Shown piece by piece: positions 49,169-60,968 of a stretch of 64,000 nucleotides of DNA. The notes under the pieces were generated by a model. That model worked only from the letters and a program-made list of their open reading frames with translations. It was not told the DNA's origin and did no database searches. The translations under genes were made by a program, and so were the position numbers. Numbering within the stretch: position 1 is the first letter of the stretch; every line of letters begins with the position of its first letter. This DNA is from Neodothiora populina (Eukaryota): positions 186,001 to 250,000 of the forward strand of contig NW_027191406.1 of assembly GCF_041146345.1 (NCBI RefSeq), written 5' to 3'.

Positions 49169-52100
49169 TGATGAAGGGAGTGGTTCAGGAAGGGTCAAGA
49201 GGGTAGGTATATCGTATGTTTGGCCGTGTGAGTCAAGGGCGAGGTGACCGATATGTGACAGTGAGGACCTGGAATAAGTCGTGACTTAAAGTAAGCTGGC
49301 TGCCCAATTATGTTATGACGCCATTTCTATCTTGACTTGAGGAAAAGGCTAAGATCACGGGTTCAAGTCCAGATGTGTAAGGAGGTATGCGTTCGAGTAT
49401 GGGGGTCCTCCGCAGCGCGTGTGATGAAGCTCCGAACGTCTGTAGTCGATGATGATATTCGGTTATACCGGGGATAAGATATGTGCAGCTGCCACAGTGT
49501 ACGCTGTTGCCCGCCTTCTAAGATACTACACAGTACCTAAGGTAGGTACGGTAAAGTAACTTGATCTTGTAAAATCGCATCAACTACAACAGACGTCCAC
49601 GATCACTATTATGCGCCTTTCGTGAAGCTTCGTATCACCTCTTGACAGACCTGCCTTTGAAATGCGATGACCAAAGCATAGCATTGTACGCTCAGCATGC
49701 TTACCGCTATCGTTGCTACCAGCTCTGGGATCTTCTTCGTCAAATGACCGTAATCATGTCCTGGCCGAAGTCAACTGGACAGGAACTGAACGCCAAATAT
49801 CTGGACGAACGTTCTTTCTACAACTACTTGTGAGACATGTGCACGAGGGATGGACTCTTGCAGCTAATTGCAGGACAAATCAGCATGTCTGCGTACACTA
49901 AACCTTTGCACTAAAAAATGAAGAAGCCTTAAATCGTTATGACTGTGCTGTTCACTGGAGCTCTAAGCGCCTTTTCAGCTCTTCGCTGCTCAATGTCCAA
50001 GCGCTGCTGCCGAGCACGTGCACCGAAACTCGCAAAATGCCCGATTATGACCTCCATGATTCATGGGTATCGCAGTCTTCGATCATACCTTACTTCGGCT
50101 GGCTCGTAGCTCAGGCAGTCAAGGGTTTGAGGCCAAGCATTACCGCTAGAACGCTACGGGGACCACGGAGTCATGTCCGGGGGAACCTGGACCGGTATGA
50201 TTCAGTACGGAGAGAAATGAAAACAGAGATCGCTTTAGTGAAAGTCCTGGTATCGGTAGCAACGAGAAATAAATTGATCCTGGTCAAAGTAAGGCACTCT
50301 TGGGGGCATATCTTGGAAGCACAACATGTGGGAACACGAACTCCTCGTTACCCGTATAGAGGAAATCTATGTGGCGGAATGGCTGTGGATGGTCTACCAT
50401 ATCGTAATGCCTATGGCGAGGGTGCTTGTCACCCGAATTGGCGAAGAAGATACGCCCGCGCGCCAACGCGGCAAATGACCTTGTTGCCTTTTACCATTCT
50501 ACCAGGTCACGCCAGCAATTGATCGCCATAATTGAGATGGACTTATAATGCAGATATCCCTTGCTCTGAAAAATCTGCGTAACCCTGCAACTTCGCAACA
50601 ACAAACCTCACCAAATGTCGTTCCATGGTGGCGGTGACATCACATCTCTGCGATGGGCGCACAGTGGCATCGGAACCATGCCTCCATAATGCTGCCGCTG
50701 CTCTGCCATTTCATGTCACGGCTGACAAAGCTCTTTGGTCACTGACTAGTCCGTCTACTTGTGGTTTCTTGCGCTCGGCATCTTAAGCACGAAGAGAACA
50801 TGGCACCACAGTACGTCCATGCGCGATATCAGTGCTCACAGCATTTGTGAGTTTGCGAACTTCTCTCGCATTACCCGGAGAATAGGACATTCTCTGTGGT
50901 CTTCCATAGTGAAGAGCTGTGTTGCGAACATCCAAGCGGATCGAGGCTATTACCGAGATTCATTGATCAGTGTGAGCTTGAGGAGAGCGCGCCAGGACAG
51001 ACCATCCCTGAATCATCAGCAGCAATATGCTGAGCTCGTCCTGGGGACGAATCAGTTCATCAACAATAATCATCGTTCACGGACGGCATTCTTCTCACGT
51101 CAACGTGCTCATGATCAGCATCGTCACTGCGCTCGTATACATCATGCAGCTTCCGGAGCGCACTGGACATGATCGATCTGACCCGTATGAAGACAACTTT
51201 ACATTAAAAGCAGATAGTCACCAACTGCCTGGAAGGTGCAGACGTTATGCTCGTTCATGCTCACGATCGAGTCAACTTTGACACGCATTATGAATCAACT
51301 GAGGTCAAGACTGTACAGCCCTAACAGCAAAATTTTCTAGTTGTTGAAGGGAGGAAATGGCCTTGCCGCGAGTGATAACAAACCCAGTGAGTGTTCAGTC
51401 ATTATATCACTCCTGGACACTGTACAGGACACACCTAGTGAAGCTTATCTGTCGCAAAACAAGCACTTGGAACCATAACCTGTAATCGATACCGCCAGAC
51501 CCTGTATCTTCGATTCGCAATGTGCAGTATCGCGACGTGAGAGTGCCGGGCAGCATTTGAACCGCACAACGATTTACTCATTAGTGGACTCAAAACCCAA
51601 GACCCATCAGGATTCCATCAGTCTCGCTTAGAAGATTCAGGTACAGTCGCGCAAACGACAGGAGCGATCACTTTTGATGACTCGCCCAGTGCTTGTGTTG
51701 TAGTTAGTATCTCGCTAATTGGATCTGCAACCCTATGCGGAGATCAATAGCCACCGCCGCATCTAGGGACACACTATATGACCCGGATTTGCCGAAGACG
51801 TGTTGACAGACAGCCATGGGCGAAGCGAGTCCTACCAAGGAGTATTTAGTGGAGATACTACTACGAAGTGGATAGCATCCCAAGTGCCACCGAGTCGAAA
51901 ATAAGATGAGTGTCCGAGTGACAGTCCTATGTAAAATACACTTGCATGTTGCGTAACAACAACCGGGCACTATACCGAACCCTGCCAAGGAGACGAACGT
52001 CGCAAGTGAAGGACCTCGGCATGGAATGGCGAATGACCAAGAGAACTTTAAACGTTGCTTGTACACGAATCCTCCAGAATATACAGGTCATATTATTCAC

Positions 52101-53256
52101 AGATAGGTCATGCGCCGAACGCCACGCTCCGCAATCCCCTTCGGAGCGATTCTTATGGCGTCCATGTACAGCGTACCTCAGTACTATTCTCTCTCCATGA
52201 TTTTCAACACCCCACCATATTATCTGCGTTTGAGGCTGACGACAGCGCCCAGTAGTCTGGATGATATTGGGAATTTTGCTTTTAATTGACAGGCTGATCG
52301 CCGTGACAGCTGGCCCACAGAGACCCGTCCGTTTCGCCAATGTGCATTGATCAGGGAATCCTATCAGATACAGGGCTTATTCTACAAGTACGCTCTTTTA
52401 CGTTCTCGATCACGTCCCCGCAGGCTTCCGGCCTGTCTATTCATCACAGGACCGGACAGATGTGAGGAACTTGCATTTGGAAGTCATTTCCGAGGTCCAA
52501 GAATCATCAGGTGAGGCGGGTCGCACATCAACACGTGTGAGTGCGGTGAAGGTGGGGCTTCGAGCCATGACCCCTGCAGCGGGCCGTCGCATGCGGACTG
52601 GCGACTGGCGCTGTCGTCTAGAGCTTAGCAGGACCAGGGTCGTCATTTGCCAATGGCCGGGCTGAGAAATATAGGTAATGAGTCGAGTAAGGTAGAGTTG
52701 ACTGGTTGTTTGACCCGTGCGCGCTGCTGGTTTTCGTTCGTGTCTCGCGGTCTCACGATATTATTGCACAACCCTCTGCCTTAAGAGATAGTAGTGCCCT
52801 TTTCTCTTTAGGATCCTCGTTAGCGGTGGTCATGTCATGCGCCGGTGTGCCCCTCCAATTGCCCAATACGGTTTGAAACAATTGCCGGAGCCCGCAGCGA
52901 AAGAGAGTAGTAGGTAGGGTAATGATAATGGGTGGGTGCGTGCCCTCTTTTCTGTAGGTAGGCAAGTGTTGAGTGAGCTCGAGGGGTTTTTGGCAGTAAG
53001 TAAGGAAGAAGAAAGAAGGTGTGGATTTCACGTATCTAAGTCAGGTCTCTCTTTTCTTTTATCGTTTTCGATCTATCGCTCTAGAAGATCCAGTCTCTGC
53101 CCCGTCTTTGCCCACTATCGAACCGGGATCGCAATTCCTTCAGCAAACAGACCCTCCTCCCTGCCTTCGCCTTGCTCAATCCTACGAACAACAGACCACT
53201 CCCGATCGCATCGAAGCCTCGCCTCTAGGGTCATCGTGCCCCATCGTCGAAGAACC

Positions 53257-54475
53257 ATGGACGAGATACCAAAGAACATGCAGCATGTCAGCAGAGAGGA
53301 GCTATACACGTCACTCCCCGCCCGGATTCATTACCTACACTCGTTTCTGGAATTCGGTCCTGGTGAGACATCATTTGACGATCCTCGCGTCTCTCGAGTG
53401 TGTTGAAGTAAGGACCCAATATACTGATTGCATAACCAAATAACACAGACGACGTCAACGCCCTAGTCGAGGGTCAGAAATACATCAAGGCCGTCATACC
53501 CGCCATTGTCAACATTGTGTACAAGAAGCTGCTGCAGTACGACATCACGGCGCGAGTCTTCTCCAACAGAGACAGCAGAGATGAAACGAATCCGGAGAGA
53601 TGGGTGTCCGAGGAGAGCACTCAAATCCAGCACAGAAAGATGTTCCTGCGGTGGTACCTCACCAAGCTCAACTCCGACCCCACCAAGATGGAGTACTGGG
53701 AGTATCTGGACAAAGTCGGGTAGGTTGTTTTTCTGTTGGCACCCCCGAGACTCAAGAAGTCCAAGAAGCGGCGCAAAAAGAAAAAAAGACAAACGACTGA
53801 CAACCCCTCTCTACCGACAGTCTGATGCACGTCGGCAAAGGCCGCCGCAACCCACTCCACGTAGACTACATGTTCCTCGGCGCCTGCCTGGCCTACATCC
53901 AAGACTCCTTCTTCGAAGCCATCCTCTCGCACCCACGCCTCGACCTATCGCGCAAGATCGCGCTCGTCAAGGCGCTGGGCAAAGTCATCTGGATCCAAAA
54001 CGACCTGATGGAGAAATGGCAATCGGTGAACGGGCTCGAGTTCCGCGAAGACGAAGACGACAGCGAAATGATCCCGCAGGCGTCCGAAGCCGAAGGGTAC
54101 CTCAACGGCAAGAAGATCCTGGGCGCCGGAAGCAGCAGCAGCAGCGGCGGCGGCGGCGGCAGCATCGCCGACGACGCGAGCAGCGTAGCCGGCAGCGTGG
54201 CCGCTAGCTCCGTGCACTCCAACAGCAGCGGCAAGACGAGCCTGGGCCGGCCGCTCGAGGACGCAACGCATCTGTCCGGCCCGCGATGTCCCTTCAGCGG
54301 CATGTCGATCGCAGACCGGGACGAGCAGCGCGCGACGGCAACGCGGTCGCCGCGTCTGGAGAAGGAGCCCGACGTGATGCGTCAGTTCCACAAGCCCGGC
54401 ACGCCGAGGGTGCGTCTCGTCGACGGCAAGACGGTCATGAAGGAGAATCTCGACGCCACTCCTTTCGAAAAGTAA
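53257..54475 (+). CDS. Protoglobin/sensor-globin domain protein (exons 53257-53362, 53449-53719, 53821-54475)
   Basis: RIHYLHSFLEF, VNIVYKKLLQYDITARVF, RKMFLRWYL, YLDKVGLMHVG (likely proximal His), KVIWIQNDL. Confidence 0.88.
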
Positions 54476-54633
54476 GCTTTGTGTTTTTCTCTTCCCAAGA
54501 GACGAGATCTTGTGCGAATCGGCGTTAAATCCTGACGATAAGAGTGATAGCTAGGATGTCTTCGTCGTCGGACATGCGGTGCGGTGGCAGTAGTGGAGGT
54601 AGGTCGGCCAGGGAGGGACATTCGCATCAGCAT

Positions 54634-54662
54634 CAACAACAACAACAACAACAACAACAACA
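54634..54662. repeat. (CAA)9 microsatellite
   Basis: Read directly from the sequence. Confidence 0.95.
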
Positions 54663-55002
54663 GGAGGATGAGAGGTCGTTGCTCGCACCGGATGTGCAGT
54701 AAATTGTGAAACAAATCCTGGTGATAGGGGGGAAGATGAGGTGTGCTGCCGCTGCCGCCACTGCCGCCACTGCCATTGCCATGAAAGTGTGGACAAGGAG
54801 AGTTTGATGTTGGTCTTCCTTTGGGAGGACCGAAGATGTAATTTATGATACCACTCGCTATTCGCTACAAAGGGGGAAGCAGGACAGACGTATACGTATT
54901 TTGTAGATAAGAAGGAAGAGGACAGGGGGAGTCAAATGTGTAGCTCTTTTCTCCGTGTTCCCATGTCATTCACATGTCTGTTTTGATGTTGAATCCCAAG
55001 GA

Positions 55003-56138
55003 CTACCGTCTCTTGCTCCAGACCTTGACGAACTTGATCTTATCTTCGACACCGAGGCCGAGTCTCTTGACTCGTCCCAGGCGGGCCAGTGCTTCGGCAA
55101 TCTTGTCCAGCACTCTTTTTTCTGCTTCGCTGTTGTATCCGCTGCCGTTTGCTTCCATCTGCACTGGCTTGAGCGGACGGGCATGTAGATCGTCGAGGAG
55201 ATTGGTCTCGTACGAGTTTCTTCTTGGTGCCTCTTTGCTCGTCGCCTCGGCGGCGTCGTTGTAGACTGCCTCGGCGATGCGCACGCGGATGCAGTGGGTG
55301 GGTTTCGAGCACAGGTTCCAGGTAAAGTCGAACCATGCGCCGGGGACGGGGGTAGTAATGTCGGCAGGCGTGTAGCGTAGACTGACAGGGAAGATCTTGG
55401 TGCGCGCAGGGACGGTGAGCAGACCAGGGCTGAAGGGCAGAATACCGCGGCCATTGGTGGCAGTAGACTCTGGGAAGATGGCGATGCAGCGGTCTGGGCG
55501 GTGTGCCAGCAGGGCGGCTATGTCGACCAACTTTGCGCCTTTTGGAGGCTCCAGAGCGGGCTGAAGAAGCGCATTCAGCATTGCTTGCCAGAGCCCTATG
55601 CGCAGCACCTTGCGCTCATTGGGGAAGGATTGGGTGAAGATGGGGTCGAAGATTGCGGCGAGGTAGAGGGCGTCAATGGGTGAGGTGTGAGACGAGGCGA
55701 TGACGGAGCCTGGGTGGGGCAGACGATGTTGGTTCTGGCCCAGAGACCTGGTGCGAGTTAGTGTATGCGTGAGTCGGACATGTGCAGCGACGACGGTACC
55801 CTTTCTTGACGCCGTCGACAGCGAGGTCAATCCACCATATGCCAGGCACGCCCAACATGACCCATAGGGCGGCCTTCTTGCCCAGAGATCCGATCGGCAG
55901 CCATGCTAGCACCAGGAAATAGAGGAGGGAGAAGGGAAGCAGAATGGTAACTCGCACGACGAAGAGGAAGACGTGGAATGGTAGAGCGACACCGGCGGGT
56001 TGAGTGGGAATTGGAAAGAAGGGGGCAATGCCGGAGCCTGAGTGAGTTTTGTTTCTTGTCAATTTTGTTTCTTGTCAGGACAAGGAAGGCATGGGGGAGA
56101 TACGTACCTCTGTCACGAAATGCACTGTACTTTTCCAT
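55003..56138 (-). CDS. LOA1: Lysophosphatidic acid:oleoyl-CoA acyltransferase (Loa1/Vps66-like; 3 exons)
   Basis: MEKYSAFRDRGSGIAPFFP, SHTSPIDALYL (HxxxxD) and IFPESTATNGRGIL. Confidence 0.9.
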
Positions 56139-56175
56139 CTGGCTGGTCCTGGCAATAAATTATGCATGTATGGAG

Positions 56176-56176
<1 letters not shown>

Positions 56177-56220
<44 letters not shown>
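56177..56220. repeat. (GAT)14 microsatellite about 40 nt upstream of the LOA1 ATG
   Basis: Read directly from the sequence. Confidence 0.95.
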
Positions 56221-56221
<1 letters not shown>

Positions 56222-56826
56222 GATTGATGAAGATTTGATGATTGCAGTACAAGCCACTTTTAGTTGACTTGTTTTTATTCTTCTCCTTTTCTCTTTCTCT
56301 CTCTTTCTTCTCTTTCCGCCAACTCTGACTGTGTGCAATGAAATCAAGAGTTACAGAGAAGGGGCGCCAAAGGTGGGAAAAGGGAAGCCCAACCGCCTTT
56401 TCACTCGGGTCAATCTTCTGCAGAGGTCTGCAAATGTCTGCAATGTCAGCCGACACTTGTTTCTAGGGACAATTCGAAGAAAAGATCGCCTGCCTCTGCC
56501 GGAAAGGTCGCCTTGCACGAGATCAACTCTCTGACAAGACGCGAAGAAAGACAAGTGGAAATGGCAATTATTGGCTTCCGGTAAACGTCATGCCATGTGC
56601 TGCCTTCCACCTCTACCTCTGTCCTGGGGGGAAGCTTGAGACATGTGAAAATCGCCAAGACCTTCCCTCTCTCTTGTGCAAGCTGTGAAGCATCAGGCAC
56701 AAGCACAGCCACTCTGCTGTATGCAGCAAAGGGCGTGCGCCACACCAAACACGGCCATTTGTTGTTTTGTTTATTCACAACTCGGTCGGCATTTACGACT
56801 CGCAGCATCCGACTTTTGGCTGTCTA

Positions 56827-56849
56827 TCTCTCTCTCTCTCTCTCTCTCT
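56827..56849. repeat. (TC)11 microsatellite in the KAR3 promoter/leader
   Basis: Read directly from the sequence. Confidence 0.9.
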
Positions 56850-57037
56850 AGCTTTATGCTGTATATCTCTATACTCTGACATCTTATTCCTTGTTCAGTG
56901 CACTCTGTCGTCCTGTGGCCTACATATCTGTTCATCCGTAGTCCGATCGGGGGTTGTAATGATTCAGCCAGTGTGATAGTAGTAACCACTGTTGTTTGGT
57001 CTTTTCGTCCGTCAATCTCGTTTCGATCTACTGTGCC

Positions 57038-60000
57038 ATGGCGCAACATGGAGAAAACATGGTAAGTGTGCCGACAGCACAAACGCGTGTGTCATGTGTC
57101 TCTTCTGTATACCCGTTCCAATTGTACTTGTTCTATCCCTTGATACTTAGACTGATCAGAATAAACTATAGCCACCGCGGCCATCTGGTCTCAAGCCTCC
57201 AAGTCGCATACCAGCAGTCTCCCTAGGTCTCACTGAAATGTCGTCGTCTGACAACAATGCGCGCGCCATGATGCCTCCTCCACCTGCATCACTGAAACAC
57301 AAAGGCTCAGCACGTATGCATTGCTCGCTGCCCACCTCCAGACCCAGCTACTGATCATCTGAAACACCCAGTGCCAGAGCCAGCGCCGAAACGAAAGACA
57401 CTGGCCGAGCGAGCGGGCGAACCAGGTCGAGCCAATGCCGTACCACGACCCGTCAATGGAGGCTTCAGGTCGACCGTGACTTCCTCAATGCGCAACATGT
57501 CGGACGCATCCACCATCTCGTCCCGCACGACTTCCTCTTCCCTGTCCTCAACGCGCCAACCCTCGGCGAGCTCCTTCAAGTCCCGGCCACCCACTGTTGC
57601 CTCTACCCATCGTCCCGCCAAACCTTTGACACAATCGCGCTCGCGATCTGCTCTTGCGACAATCCGCCCGACACAGTCATACGAGGACGAAGACGACGAT
57701 TCGGCAGGTGACGATTCGCAACTGCCCACCAAAAGAAAGGGTATGCACCTTCCCTCCCTGTTTCCCTCTCGAAGCTGTGACAACATCAAGAACATCAACA
57801 TGGCGCCGAGGAGACAACGTAAGCGTCCAGAAATGTCAATGCAGACTGGCGCATCTATTGTCAAACCAAAGGCCATTACCTCCAGCACTGTTTCATCCAA
57901 TCATCAAAACTCTCCCCTCCGTAACGTTTCCCTCAGCTCTGCCTTCCAGACACTCAGCCTGGAATCCAACATTTCTTGGGCTGAGGAAGGCCGCGCTTTT
58001 CCTTCATCGCAAGACGAGGCAATCTGCCCCAAAACCCCTTCTTACATTCCTAAATTTGTGCCAAAGACTCGGCTACCAACAGCTAGTCTGCCCGCCGCTG
58101 TCGAATCCCCCTCCCTAAAGAGTTCTTTTTACCAAAACACTCACGGCAAGATTACCTATTTGACGCGCGATTCTAACACAATTGCTCCAGCATGGGATAC
58201 CAAAGGCAGACTCGAAGACATGGAGGTCCTATACTCCCAGCTCAAATCTCAACTAGACTCGGCATCCAAGGAAAATCACGGCATGGAAGACAGCATCGGA
58301 ATCTACAAGACGAGGAGTATGACCGCAGATTCCAATTCTCTGCCCTCATGCAGAACTGACCATTGTCGCAGTCAACGAGCTAGAGGCCATTCGCCTTCAA
58401 CTGGTAACGCAGAACCAGACTCTGTCAACAGATATGCACGACGTACGACTCAAGCTATCTTCTGCAAACTCGAAAATCGACGATGTCACCCGGTCGCACA
58501 ATATCGAACTCGACGACATGCGTAGAAAGCACAGAAACGCGATGGAAGATAGCAAAGACGACCACCGGAAAGAGATTGAGAGACTGACACGACAGGCGAC
58601 GCATGACCTCGAAAAGCTACGGAAGGATACCCAGGAAGAGATTGAGAGGCTGAACAGAACACGACAACAGGAGATTGAGGAAAGAGAACGAGGGCTGAAG
58701 GCCGAGCTGGAGGAAGAGCGTAGCAAGCGTGCCAAAGAGGTTCAAGAGCTGACCACTCAGTTTGCCATGCAACGCCAGAACACGGACATTGATATGACCA
58801 ATAAAGACCGCGAGATTGCCGCTCTTCGAACAGAGCTCAACGAGACCAAGGCCAAGCTTGACGGATCGATCGCCCTGGTGAACAACCTGAATGAGAAACT
58901 GGCCGAGGCCTCGGCGAACACGATGACATTGGACACGTCAATGAGGGCAATGAAGGCCAAAATAGATTTCTTGGAGTCGGATAATCAGGCCCAATCGACC
59001 GCCTTTGCCGAGATTCACCAGCAGATGCAAGATGCGGTCGACAATGCTGCCGCAGCACAAGAGAAGCTCCGCCAGGAGGAAACCCTTCGTCGCAAATTAC
59101 ACAACCAGGTCCAGGAACTCAAGGGCAATATCCGCGTCTTCTGCCGTGTCCGTCCTCCACTGGGTGAGGAAGAGAATCAGAAGGCCGAGATCGAGTTTCC
59201 GGATGCAGAGGCCGACAGCAAAGAGGTCGCCGTGCAAGGCCCAGAGCAGAAGAGCGCCATGGGAACCGTCACGAGACCGGTCACTGGCTTTTCCTTCGAT
59301 AGAGTCTTTTCGCCGAAATCGCAAAACGCCGAGATCTTTGACGAGATCAGTCAACTCGTGCAGAGCGCGCTGGACGGCTACAACGTCTGCATCTTTTGTT
59401 ATGGACAGACCGGCTCAGGAAAGACGTACACCATGTCCTCGGTAGACGGCATGATCCCTCGCGCGGTGACGCAAATTTACGAAAGCGCCAAAGCCCTAGA
59501 AGAAAAGGGGTGGAAATACAGCATGGAGGGCAGCTTCGTCGAAGTCTACAACGAAACCATCAACGATCTACTCGGCAAAGCAGAGGAATGGGAGAAGAAG
59601 AAACACGAAATCAGACAAGATCCGGTCAAATGCAAGACGACAGTGACAGACGTCAATATTGTCGAATTGGATTCTCCGGACCGGGTGAATAATATTCTAG
59701 AGCAAGCGACGCGGAACCGTCGTGTCGCAGCCACAGCGGCCAACTCTCGCTCTTCTCGAAGTCACTCCGTTTTTATCCTGAAGTTGATGGGCGAGAACCA
59801 CATCACGGGCGAACGATCGGAAGGCACATTGAATCTTGTCGATCTGGCAGGAAGCGAGCGTCTGAGTCACAGTCAAGCCACAGGTGACAGACTGAAGGAG
59901 ACGCAGAACATCAACAAGAGTCTGAGCTGTCTGGGAGACGTCATCAGCGCTCTGGGCCAGGGCAAAGATGGCAAGCACGTCCCCTATCGCAACAGCAAGG

Positions 60001-60363
60001 TAAGCATGCATATTGTGTCCTTTGATCCTCTTCCAAACCATATGCAAGAGCTAACAGGAAGCAAAATCACAGCTGACCTATCTCCTGCAATATTCCCTTG
60101 GTGGAAACAGCAAGACTCTGATGTTTGTCATGATCAGTCCGCTACAAGCGCATCTGAGTGAGACGTTGACGAGTCTGAAATTCGCCACAAAGGTTTGTTT
60201 TTCTCGCGTTGCAGTTCCACTCCAATCCACCCTTCTCAGACTTTCTTTCTGATTAGATCTCTTTTTTTCTGTTCTTGGTTGTATATGGTGGAGCTAACTT
60301 TTGTCCTAGGTACACAACACGCACATTGGAACTGCCAAAAAGCAGACCAAAGTCAAAGAGTGA
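57038..60363 (+). CDS. KAR3: Kinesin-14 minus-end motor (Kar3/KlpA; multi-exon)
   Basis: [23 protein letters not shown] neck, [43 protein letters not shown], ending [17 protein letters not shown]. Confidence 0.96.
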
Positions 60364-60968
60364 GGAAGGATTTGTGTCCTTTTTTCGCTACGCTCTCATT
60401 CTTCAGTTCCCCCTTTTGCTGTTCTGGTCTGCCCACGAGTGCGTGGAATTTCCAAGATTGGAAGGGAAAGACAAGAAGAGGATATCGCTCCGAACAGGAT
60501 CGAGTATGTGCCATTGCAGTACATACAGTACGCGAACGAGAAGACAGCAGGGAGGGGAGACTAATTGGCTCCAACTCTGACGTGCGCCTCGAAGAATGTG
60601 CTGTATTAGAGAGACAGACATTTTCTCTTTCTTTCTTCCTTTACTTATGATGATGATTCCTCCTTTCACTTGGTCTATTCGTTTCCTCTCTGAACCTTTT
60701 TCCAAATGCTTCTGTGCTCTTGCGGCTTGAGTTAATCGCAGAGCAGATGTCAATGTCGAGATATACACTGGTTTCTGTTCTGGTTCTGATTCGAAGTGAC
60801 TGTGTGTGACAGACTTTGAAATAACTTAGTTGCCGTTGTGTTTTCCTTTTTCGTGAGTGTTGTAACGTGATGGCTAGTAGAGATCGAGATGTGTGTGTTG
60901 CACTCTGAGCGTGCACCAATTCCCCCTCTCTGCCCTCCCCCCCTTCCCTTTTTCCAGCAGCGCAAAGC

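Noticed and set aside
50485..50495. TGCCTTTTACC, matching U5 snRNA loop 1
   Set aside because: The flanking stem is broken by a large bulge and no Sm site follows.
50037..50522. 161 aa plus-strand ORF with a good AUG context
   Set aside because: No recognisable domain; plausible as a chance ORF in a 4-kb intergenic region.
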